A stretch of 64,000 bases of DNA. Origin: the human T2T-CHM13v2.0 reference genome, Homo sapiens. Under the pieces are notes generated by a model. The model was not told the origin of the DNA. It saw only the letters and a list, made by a program, of their open reading frames with translations, and did no database searches. Shown one piece after another: positions 15,755 to 27,655 of the stretch. The position numbers and the translations under genes were made by a program. The stretch lies in the NCBI RefSeq assembly GCF_009914755.1, contig NC_060927.1. The stretch is one strand, 5' to 3'. Positions within the stretch are counted from its first letter, which is position 1, and the number at the start of each line of letters is the position of its first letter.

Positions 15755-17949
15755 TTACACTGTGAAGTTAGCCGTTATTATCACTCTCATTCTACAGAGG
15801 AAGAAACTGAGACCAAAAAGTGTGAAGAGCTTGCCCAATGTCTCACAGCTGGTGGGTGGAATGACTGGGATTTGCACCAGGCAGTGTCCTTGGGAGCTCC
15901 CACCTGTCACCACTGCACCATAGGCTCTTTCAGATGGACGTGGGCTGACTTTCCAGAACTGGAATCTTGTAACTTGGGCCTACTATTAAATTTCTGTCTG
16001 GATTCATCAGGCACCCAACTTAGCCATCATGGCCATGCCATCAGATGTGGCTTTTAAGGATAAGAGTTATGGTAAAGGCAACTGGCTGGTGGTTGGGTTT
16101 TGAGAAGAGGCCAGTCCATGGACATATTGATCTTTAATGCCCTCAAGCAAAGCATGTACATAGTTTACCAAGAGTGGTTACCCTTATGATTGGACCATTG
16201 CAGATGTGGTATCTGTAAGGGCAACTTTTAAAGGAATCAATCCCAGTCCACAAAATGAGAGATGCTTTATAAGGGATGAAATAAAGTTTCATTGAATTTA
16301 GTTCTGGGTGGCAGGTAGGTCTGCTAGCAAGTTCCGAAAGACCAACCGTTTTCTTTGAGTTATATGCGCCTGAAACTCCTCCTCGTAAACATCTGAGGCT
16401 CACTCACACCTCAGTGATGAACTGCCACCCTCCTCCACTGAGAGCAGGAAGAGAGCACCCAGAGTGGATACCATGACAGCTCAGCCAAACAGGCTCTCTG
16501 CCAGGAGGGCTGAGGCAGGAACCCGTCACATAGACACTCTCCAGGAATGAACTCAGGAAAGATCATGCACTTGACTTGGTCAACCTGAAGTCATACCCTA
16601 AAACCTCTTTGTTAGCCTCTTGCAGGTAACAGCCACCACAATGGTGTGACCCGAATGATGCTGTGACTAATTTCTCAGACTTTCAGGACTGCCCTGTGGC
16701 TGGGTACCTATCACCAAAAGCCATAAAGGGCTGCAGACAACATTGCTAAGATTACTTTAGCACAATGCCTGTATTCAGCAGACACACACAGATGGTAGTT
16801 CCTTTCTTTGAGTCAGTTTGTGCTGGGATGCTGACATTTCCCCAGACGATGCCACCCTTTTGGGTGTGCATAATTTCCTAGACTGTCTCATCCTGGGCCA
16901 TGTTCCTTGAATTAGAAATAGAAGGGAGGGGGTCAGGTCATCCTTCAGGGTGCACAGCTCCTCTCGTGTCCCATCAAGGGTAGCAGTGTCCCTGCTGGAA
17001 TAGCCCCTCTTAGTCCTCTCCTCTTAGAGCCTCGGAAACTTAATTTCAGAATAAGACATGGCTTCTTCTATTCATTTTTAGAAAGGTGCTATTTGGATTT
17101 TGCACATAGCTGTGAAAGTAAAAACAGGATTTATAATGCTGGAGATTGAGGAAGAGTTTTGCAACTCAAACCTCAAAGGAGAAGTATTGGCTTCCTCAGC
17201 TTCCCCCTGACAAGGGAGATTAATGTCATTCCACTATGCTAGTGACTAGCCAGCAGAGGGAATTAAAATAGATCTTTGTTGTGCCGGGCAGGAGGAACAA
17301 ATGTTGGAAGCTCCTAGAGCTGCTCTCTTCTCAGCTCTCTTCTCTGCTCTCTTCTCTCTTTAGGAGCTGACAGGTGAAGGCTGGATGCTGATTAGCAAGG
17401 GCTTCCTAGCCTCCTGTGGGAAGTAAGCCAGGGTGGAAGCTCAGGCACAGGTCCTCTAAGTAGGGGGGATGGCTGTGGTTCTGAGGGAGACTCCTGCTTG
17501 GCCCACACTTCCTGAAGGTTCAGTGTGGGGAAGCAGAGGCATATGGAGGCATCAGCCTCGGGCCTTCCCTCACTCACATTTAGGGCTGCACACGGTGCCC
17601 CACCCCACCCATCACCCACCCCCCCTGCCCAATGCCATTTCTCCCCTCCGCCTACCCCTCTGTGGCCTTTCCCCTTCCTGCAAGGGGACTGTGGCTGGAG
17701 GGCAGATCTGAGAGGAGACCTAAAAAGAAAGAAAATAGGAAGAAAACGAGGGGGAAAATAATAAAAACAGGAGGCTTATTGAAGGAGGGAGGAGCAGGGG
17801 AGAGTGGGAGCATGGGGAGCAGACAGTTTGTTCCAGCAGGCTGGATGTTGGGAGGAATATGATGGGGGCTCAAAATAAATAAGACTAGCTCTATTCTCAA
17901 CACTTCTATCAGAATTAGGCAAATCCTTAAATTCTGTGACAGCCCAATG

Positions 17950-18280
17950 GCAGATGTGAGAAGGTGCCCTCAGAGCTCCTCAGAGCTCCGACTGTCAGAA
18001 GAACTTGACCGTTGTGCCCTGAAGTTGCTTCCCATCGAGGGACTCAGCATGGCAGTTCCAATCCTGGGAGACATCACCTGAGCTCCATGACATCCCAGTG
18101 GCCTTGCCAAAACTTTCCTTCCATCTCTTCCACACAGGGAACAGACCTGTGTTGTGGTCTGGAGGCTTCTCAGCCTCTCACAGCCTCCCTTTTTCCCTCA
18201 CAGGTGTTCTCCCTAACACATCTCTCATACGTCCAATTCCTTCCCATCTTAGCACCTGCTTCTTGGAGGAGCCAAAACAG
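17950..18280 (+). mobile_element. LTR16A-like ERVL LTR
   Basis: CCCTCACAGGTGTTCTCCCTAA...ATCTTAGCACCTGCTTCTTGGAGGA. Confidence 0.55.
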
Positions 18281-19578
18281 CAGAAACCCCAACACTGGGC
18301 ACCATTGCTATGTTTATTTTACAGATGGGAAAATCAGGGCACAGAGACATTAAATGAATTGCCTCAAGTTTTGTAGTCAGTACATATATGGTGGAGCTAG
18401 GAGTTGAAACCACCTGCTTAAGTCTCATGCTACTCTTATTACCATTTTTCACATGGAGAAGCTGAGACAAGTTCAGAAATAAATGCACTGTCCCTTGGCT
18501 ATTGTGGCTCAAATGCCCCAGGATACTAACGGGGCCCAATGAACACCAAGCCTCCGTCATCTTGAGTCTCCAGTCTCCCCTGAGTAAGGACAGCATCTCT
18601 CTATACCTTTCTGGAGTGAGAGGGCAGCTCACAGGTGTTCAGGGCCAAGTCCATGCCCTCCAATGGCATCCTACACATCTGCCAGGCATCGGGCGTCTCC
18701 TGCCTGCTATCACATCTCTTCCTGGCTCCCAGCAGGACTGTCTATGGTACACTCCAGTGACTGCAGACTTCCTGAGACTCCAAAACCACCATAGCCTTGC
18801 TGGCTTTCACGCAGTTCCAGGGAGTTCTCAGAGGTTCTGGGGCAGGTTTGGGGCCAGATACCTCCTGCTTCTTTTTCTCCACACTTTTCACATCACTGGT
18901 CCCAGATACCTTTGCACAGAAGTGGCTTCCTTAGCTACATGCCAGTTACCCCCAAGAAGACTACATTCTGCTAACCAGGGGACAGCTGCCTGGATTTAGG
19001 AGGGCTCAGATGAAACACTCTGCACAGCTGGGAAGTGCTGGACCGAGATTGAAGCCTGGGTCTGCCTCCATGTATAACAGCCCTGCTCTTCTGCTCCTCT
19101 GCTATAAGCAGAGGAGGAAAAACCTGGAAGAGAGGGAAATCATAGGAGTTAGGACACAAAGTCATGAATGGAGGTGGGGACAGTGATGCTCTTTGACGAG
19201 GAGAGATAAGGAGACTGGAGAGAGGGGGCATCTCTGCAGATGTCAGGCTCCCCTCATGAATGGTCCTGAGGGTGGCCATGGGCCAGGAGGGCATTTGACT
19301 TGTCTGGCTGTGTGAGGGTTGTTTGGGGAAGGTTCTCTCTGAGACTTGGGGGCTTTGCCCACATGTCAGCAGGACCTTTCCAAGTCCCCAGGATCACTGC
19401 TCTTTCAAGCAGTCACCAACCTTCTTAGCTTGGTCTCACCCACCCAGTGACTTGTGGCTTCTCCCAATAGCTTACTGAGTTCTCATGGGGCTTCCTTCTT
19501 ATTCTTAATACTTCCACATCGTTAAGCCCAACTGCCATACCCTCCATGAAACTTGGCCCTTCTCTTGGTCCTAGGAAG

Positions 19579-19627
19579 GTGTGTGCATGTGCGTGTGCAT
19601 GTATGTGTGTGTGTGTGCGCACACACA
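19579..19627. repeat. Alternating purine-pyrimidine (TG/CA/CG) tract
   Basis: GTGTGTGCATGTGCGTGTGCATGTATGTGTGTGTGTGTGCGCACACACA. Confidence 0.85.
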
Positions 19628-21108
19628 GACCTACGGGCTCTTCCAGCCAGCCCCATGGACTGCTGGCCAGCCCCCAGCACAGGAGGACTGATGGGCCACA
19701 ATGGCGATGGAGGGGTGAAGACCTCCAGCCAGTGCTGACAGTCTTTTAAGGAGGTGACAAGACAGAAAGGAGCTCCAGCAAAGGTGATCCCATTTCCTCT
19801 CATGCTGTGGCCTTGGACCTGGAAGGCCTGGGGAGGAGTGGCTGGGAGGATGCATGGTGAGAAGCTGGGGCAGGAGACTCAGGGTGCAGGCGGTCACCAG
19901 GCAGTGCTGGGGAGACCGGCCTTGGTGCTGGCAGTGGAGCTAGTGGCGATAGTAGCGTGCAGAGTGAGGGCAGGGAGAGGCTATTGACAGAGGGTCTGGT
20001 TGAAGGACAACAGGGAGGGGGTGACTCTGAGGGTTGACTGTGTGAAGTGGGGGATGGAGAGGACTTGGGGGCTACTTTTGCCTGCTGCTTCCTGTGCCTC
20101 TGTGATTACTTCTTTCTCCCCCCGCCCCCAGTTAGCATAGCGCATCTGTGGGATTCTTCCAGTCTTGCCTGGTCTCTAAGGCTCCAACCACAGCACCTGC
20201 ATTATCTAATTCTTCCACCTGAAACCTTCCTCTTTGACCTCCAGAGGCTCTGCCATGCCCTGTGGCACACTGGCCCTCTCTTTTATCGCTTCTTTCCAAA
20301 TTCATCCACATCTATCTGACACCTAGTCTTTACCATGCCCTGTGAAGCAGGACAAGTCACAAAGAATTTTAACTTATTTTTTTCTGGTTCTACCTTTTAA
20401 AGATCTAAATTTCTTAGGCAATGCTAAAGAGGAGGCTTTCCCCTTTCCTCTCCTTCTAGACGATAAACAGATTTCCTGGGCAGGAGGAGGCAGGGGGTGG
20501 GCAGGGCAGCTACGAATGTATAGACTCAGGTGTCACAGAGAGCGAGGCCCTTCTCTGCCTCTTGGGCAAAGCCCTGCAGTTGCTGCAGCACCCATGATCA
20601 TCTGTAGGATCCAGTGGCAACAGGCCTGTGCTCTGCTCCCTGGGCAGAGTCCTGGGAAGGAGCAGACCCCAGAGAGAGAAGAGGTCTAGGCAGATGGCCA
20701 TAACCAGCGTTTTGGAGAGGCCCACGATGTGGTGTGGCATGGGTGCAGCAGAGTGACTCCGGCCTGCACCGTGGCATGGGAAAGTGGGCACAGTAGTTGG
20801 ACCTGAGGGCCAAGCCAGACAGGAAGAGGGGCCAGACCACCTATGTGGCTCGATGGCTGCGGTATAGGTGGGAAGGTGGATGTCTGGTGAACACCTGCGT
20901 GGCAAGCAGGGGATTCAGGGAAGGGTAGTTACCAGCTTATTGCAGGGAGCTGCAAGGAGCAGAAAACCCAATAGAAGGTGGTATGAACAAGTGGGAGGCT
21001 TTGTGACTCTTGTGCTAGGAAGTCCTGCATGGGCAGCCCAAAGTGGTTGCAGCACCATGACACTGTCTCCTGGCACCCAGGCACTTGAGGCGTGTTTTCT
21101 TTACCATT

Positions 21109-21784
<676 letters not shown>

Positions 21785-22495
21785 CTATTCTTTTATTAGG
21801 AAAAAAATAGCAAATTGTGGTTTTAGATTTAAGAGATAAATTTAATTCATGCAAATGATTCATCCTATAAAGATGAGTCATAAATACCAAAGAAGTGCAT
21901 CCTTTTTTAGACATGTTTAAATATAGTCCACAAATACCAGTGCACTGCTAACTATAGCTACTCCTACAACTTCAAGTTATCTCCTACTCAGCCAAATGTC
22001 AAAATTTTACCAGTGAAAACTTAATCACTATTTTTCTTGCTGCATTAATTTCACCCCAACAAGCCTTTAGTACTTTAGTAATATTTTGTGCCATCTGAAT
22101 AGCAGCAGCTGAATTTACCCAGCACATGCCACTAAAGCCAGAAGCCATGTATTTTGAAGGGCCCACTCAGGTTCATCACAGAGCAGAATGACACCTCTTG
22201 CCTCCTCAACTCTGCATCCTTCATATTCTGCTTCTGTGCAAAACTGTGTTGATGAAAAAGTACATATAACTTTAGGTCCTGCTTCAGCCCCAAGATAGGT
22301 TTAAATCTGCTTATGCTGCTTAGGCATTCCTGGGGATACCTGTGTGCATGAGGCCTCAGGCTACAAATCTTCATCTCATTCTTCTCCTGAAGAGGGAAGA
22401 GAAGTGAGGAGTCCATGGGAAGGTTTCTAGACACTAGAGTTAAGGCCACCATGCTGTTTCATGCACAAAAGATGGGAGACAAAGGCTGGAGGAGC

Positions 22496-22571
22496 ATGAG
22501 CTCACCTCAAGGTGAAAGACAGGCCAGGGACATTGGGTTGCAGGCTATAGAAGGGTTACACATGGGGCAAG
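22496..22571 (+). repeat. 76-bp dispersed direct repeat, copy 1
   Basis: 74/76 identical to 24726-24801. Confidence 0.97.
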
Positions 22572-23778
22572 GAAAGCTTCCTGTAAAATCACCAACAGCA
22601 AAGCTGACATTGTGGTGTATCAGGAAAGAATGCAAATGAGCTGGTCCACTCGACTGTGGTAGAGGGAGCAGTAGGGCCTCGGGGAGGGCCCCTTAACTTT
22701 GGGGAAGCTAGCTGTGTCCTTTGGGGCAACAAACAGAAGAAAAGGGAAGTGAGCCTATTCAAATCCTCTGCTGTGGGCAATACACTGTGCTAGATGCTTT
22801 CACTGCAATCTCTCATTTTCTCCTCAACCCTGAATATAGACATTGCCACCCCGTTTTTCTGAGTAATAAGGCCTGAGGCAGTTAAGTAATTTCCAAAGAC
22901 CAACACTCTCAGAGCGTGGATGTCTAACCTTCAAGTTCAGGCTCATCAGCTTCAGAGACAGGGTCTGAGGAGGGGCCAGGACAGAACCCTGTAGGCAAGA
23001 ACGTGGCAAAATGGCCTCAGGGCCCTGTTGGTCTCACTGAAGATGGTACAGTTGGGGAGTCTGGACTCCACAGATGGCACCTGTAATACTTGGAGGAAGA
23101 GAGTAGTCTGGGGCAGGTGTTCCCTCAGCCTGGGAGTGGCCAAAAGTGACCAGGCTAAAGGTTGATAACCTGGGCTCCTTACTTCTCTCAAGGTTGCTCT
23201 GACACTGTATTTAGGATTTACACATGGTTTTTTCAATTCTTTTTTGCCAGTAAATATACAGGAGATTTCAAAGATACTCTCAACTCTTAATTGCTGCAAT
23301 TACACCATCCCTAGACTGAGCATTAAAAAAAAATGCTTCCTGGTATAAGGTTTTGGTACTGTCTTAGCAGTTCATGCCACCACAGGTAAAATACCTGGAT
23401 GCCCTTACGAAGTAGCCAAATGGAGTGTGATCAGTACTCCAAGGAGTTGGCATGGGCATCAATTGCGTATTATTTTCTCCAGCCTATATCTATCTGCCTG
23501 TACTTGGAGTACTGATGAATTAATGCAGTGTTGGCTCTGCTGCCTCTGATCAGTTTACATTAACGACCATGATAAATATGTTGTAAATAAAAGTCATTTT
23601 CTTGACTTTCAGGTTTAAATGGCATCTGGCTAACAGCCCCTGGGCAGCCCTTTCCAATATTTTATTAAAATGCTAATTAATACATAGGAAAAGATGAAAA
23701 TGCTCAATAATGCCGCAGACTAAGACTGAAACCACGTTGTGAGAATAGGGGAGGAAACTGCATTCTACAGGCTAGAGC

Positions 23779-24071
23779 TTTTTTTTTTTTTTGAGATGGA
23801 GTCTCGCTCTGTCACCCAGGTTGGAGTACAGTGGCGCAATCTTGGCTCTGCAACCTCCGCCTCCCGGGTTCACGCCATTCTGCTGCCTCAGCCTCCCGAG
23901 TAGCTGGGACTACAGGTGCCTGCCACCATGCCCGGCTGATTTTTTGTATTTTTAGTAGAGACAGGGTTTCACCGTGTTAGCCGGGATGGTCTCAATCTCC
24001 TGACCTCGTGATCCACCTGGCTCGGCCTCCCAAAGTGCTGAGATTACAGGCTTGAGCCACTGCGCCCGGCC
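23779..24071 (-). mobile_element. AluY
   Basis: Reverse-complement Alu with TSD TAGAGCT. Confidence 0.9.
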
Positions 24072-24119
24072 TGTAGAGCTATTTTAAAAAAGAAACCACT
24101 GTAGGTTTTGCCCTACATG

Positions 24120-25160
24120 GAGTGCCAGGGAAAGTGGATCATCTAGGATGACTCCGAGGTTTTGACCAGAGCAACTGGAAGAATAAAGTTGTCATTTACT
24201 GAGACAGCACAGACTGTAGGGGAGTGGGTTTTGCAATGAGTGCCAGGAGATGCTGATTCTATATCCAAGGGAAGTTGTTAGGGAATTGAATACACACATC
24301 TGGACTTCAGAGAAGTCTGGGCTGGAGAAAAGGTTTAGACCTTGTCAGTGTAGAGAGATGGCTTTGCGACTGGCTGAGAAAGGACAGAAGAGAAGGGAGG
24401 GGAGAAGAAGAGGGAAGCTGGAAGGAAAGAGGAGCAGATAAGTCTGGAGACTGAGCCTGAAGCCCTTGATGCACAGAGGTTAGGGAGGCAAGAAGGAACC
24501 AGAGAAGGAGACTGCAGAGGAGCATCCAGTGAAGTTGTTGGAGAACCGAGAGAGTGGCATCTCCAAAGCTGAATGGAAAAGCTGCTTCAAGAAACTTTGC
24601 CTAATTCTGCTAATGGGTCAAGTAAGGGGAGGCCTGATTATGGACCATGGGATTTAGCAACACAGAGAACGCTGGTGACTTTGACAAGAGTGTGTCTGGG
24701 GGAGGGTTGAGAAGAAAATTCAAGAATGAGCTCACCTCAAGGGGAAAGACAGGCCAGGGACATTGGGTTGCGGGCTATAGAAGGGTTACACATGGGGCAA
24801 GCTCATAGGGAGCTGTCTGGAGAGAACTCTTTTGAGTGCCTCTGCATGGACAGGAGCTGGGGGAGATGTGGTATCAAGGGGAGGCTCCTAAAAATGAGAA
24901 GTATTCTGGCCTGCTTGCATACCAATTATCCAGCAGAGGGGAGAGACAGATAATGCAGGAGAGGGGATAAATGCAGGAGGGGAAGGTTAAAGGGGCTGGG
25001 ATGCATCGTTCAGGTGGCAGGTTTGGCTTTAGATAAGCGCAGGGACGATTCTTCCATGATACGAGGAGGGACTGCAGAGTGCACTGGCACAGCTGCAGAA
25101 AGATGGGAAGATGTGGTTGGGGTAGGCCATGGAAGTTCTTTTCTGGTTCTATTTCCTCAG
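24120..25160 (-). mobile_element. L2 fragment(s)
   Basis: GATGACTCCGAGGTTTTGACC...GAAGAATAAAGTTGTCATTTACTGAG and GATTTAGCAAC...GGTGACTTTGACAAGAG. Confidence 0.7.
24726..24801 (+). repeat. 76-bp dispersed direct repeat, copy 2 (inside L2)
   Basis: 74/76 identical to 22496-22571. Confidence 0.97.
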
Positions 25161-26689
25161 TGAAATAATGCGCTTTCAAAGGGAAACTCATATAGTAGTG
25201 CTGGAAGTGTAAATGAGCCTTTTGATATTAGGTTTCCCAGTCTGGCAGCTGGGCATCCTCCTCCCCAAAGCAAGAGTACCGGGATATGCCAAGGGGTTCT
25301 TAAAGCTGGAACTCATGGATTTCCCTGGCTGATTGGAGCATCACTGCTGCCAGCAAAGCCCAAGGTATAAAGTATGCATAAAGTCACTATGGTTTGAACT
25401 TTTAATAAATTTTACTTCCATGTAACGTATAGATAATTTGTGAAATGCAACCGAGAGATAATTTACAAAATATTTAAATAAAGTTGCTAATGTTTGATTT
25501 TGTTCTTTCTTTTATTTTACAGGTGTGAGCTCTACATTATGCTGAGATGGCTATGTACAAGTATATCCAGAATGACGGTGGATACGTTGAAAGTCCAATC
25601 AACTGTGCTAAATCTTGAATCAGTTCTCTCTGTTGCCTTTTGCAGGTTGTTTAAGTTTTGTATAGAAGTGGATATTTTGAACATTGAAACTGCACAAGGG
25701 CTTTATGGTTGCTCTGCTCACCTCTATTTCTTCTTCTCCTGCTAGGAAACCCCATTATCCTCAGAACAAGTCTCTCCACCTCCTGCTCTTGCCTGATGCT
25801 GTATGGCTCTGATGGCTTGTCCTGTGTCCCCTTAGCCCAGGTGCTAAGTGGTCTCTGTTCCCTTAAAATAACTGTTTTGGGATGTTATGGGTCCTGTTTT
25901 AAAAATCCCCTCATCCCTCTTCTTTTCTCTCTTCTAAAGGGCAGCCTTACCATCTCCTTTTAAGAACAGAAGTCTTTTCTTTCTGCCTCTTAAAGTCAGT
26001 AGCTGGTTTGTCACCCAATAACAAAAGCCCACAATATCCTGACCTCAAAGACTAGGAAGGTAGGTGGTGCTAAGGTCAGGGATTGGGAGTCTTAGAGAGC
26101 CAGCAACACAGTGTCATCTCTCTGAAAAGTAAATTTCCAGTAGCTAGCAAGAGATTTACAAATGCTGAAATCTCTTAGTCTACTAATTCCTTTCATACAA
26201 TCAAAGATATGTGCAAAGATTTATGTTCATCATACTGTCACTCCTCATAGAGAAAAGCATGGGAGTAACACCCATGTCTGTCAGTAGGGCTTGGATGGAT
26301 AAAGTCTATTATTGAGTCCTTTGCAATCATTCAAAATCATGTTTGAATATAATAGATGGGAAAATGATCATACTATAATGCTAATTGAAAAAAGAAGATA
26401 TAAAACTGTATATATGTTCTCATCTCAAATTTTTAAAAAATAAAAATGTGCTTATTTTATATATATAAACATATATATATAGTTTATATTTAAAAATAAA
26501 AATGTGCTTAACTCTGAAATTTGTCTTTTTGACTTAAGGATATATTATGGACATCACTTTAGGGTCATATTTATAGAATTGACTCATTCTTTTAAATTAT
26601 ACTGTATTTTATTGTATGGCTAAATTGAAATTTATTGGACCATTTTCTTATTGATGAAATTCAAGTGCTTTTAGGTTTTGTTCAGTTTT

Positions 26690-27655
26690 TAAAATTGTAA
26701 ATGGACAATTTATAATTATATAGAACTATGGGGTAAAAAGCACTGTTATGATTTATGAATACAATGTGAAATAATTAAATCAAGCTAATTAACATACTCA
26801 TCATCTCAAATACTTAACATATTTTGTGGTGAGACCATCTGAAATTTACTCTCTTAGCAATTTTGAAATGTGCAATACTCTATTCTTAACTAGATTCACC
26901 ACACTGTGTAATAAAACTCCGAAAAAGAAAAAAGCAACATATTCCTCCTATCTAGCTGAAATTTTGTACCCTCTGACCATCAGCTCTCTGCTCTCTCCCC
27001 ACCCCCTACCATCTGTAACCACCATTCTACTCTGCTTCTATGAGTTTCATTGCTTTAGATTCCACACATAAGTGAGAACATGCAGTATTTGCCTTTCTGT
27101 GCCTGTCTTACTTCACTTAGCATCATGTTCTCCAATTCCATCCATGTTGTCGCAGATAACAGAGTTTCCTTCTTCTTAAAGGCTGAATTGTATTCTATTG
27201 TGTATATATGCCATATTTCCCTTATTCACTCCTCTGTTGATGGACACTTAGGTTGATTCTATAACTTGGCTATTGTGAATAGTGCTGCAATGAACATGGG
27301 GGTGCAGGCATCTCTTTAACAAACAGATTTCACATCTTTTGGGTAAATACTCAGAAGTGGTATTGCTGGATCATATAGTAATTCTATTTTTAGTTTTGGA
27401 GACACCTCTAAAATGTTGTCCATAATGGTTGTACTAATTCATATTTCTACCAACAGTTCACAACAGTTCCCCTTCTGCCACGTTCTTGCTGACATTTATT
27501 ATCTTTTGTCTTTTTGATAAAAGCCATTCTGACAAATCTGAGATATATCTCATTGTGATTTTAATTTGCATTTTCCTAATAATTAGAAATGTTGAACATT
27601 TTTCCACTTACCTGTTGGCCATTCGTGTGTCTTCTTTTGAAAAATGTCTATTCTT
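26690..27655 (-). mobile_element. L1MA 3' region
   Basis: Reverse-complement L1MA 3' UTR/ORF2 end (TTAGATTCCACACATAAGTGAGAACATGCAG). Confidence 0.85.

Noticed and set aside
16040-16420. Unique segment that looked like a possible pseudogene fragment
   Set aside because: No recognisable protein in the frames I read, and no poly(A) or TSD.
17320-17357. Three copies of a 12-mer (GCTCTCTTCTC core) and other micro-duplications (8771, 45009, 46341, 58316, 60357)
   Set aside because: Ordinary slippage duplications with no spacers; not CRISPR-like.
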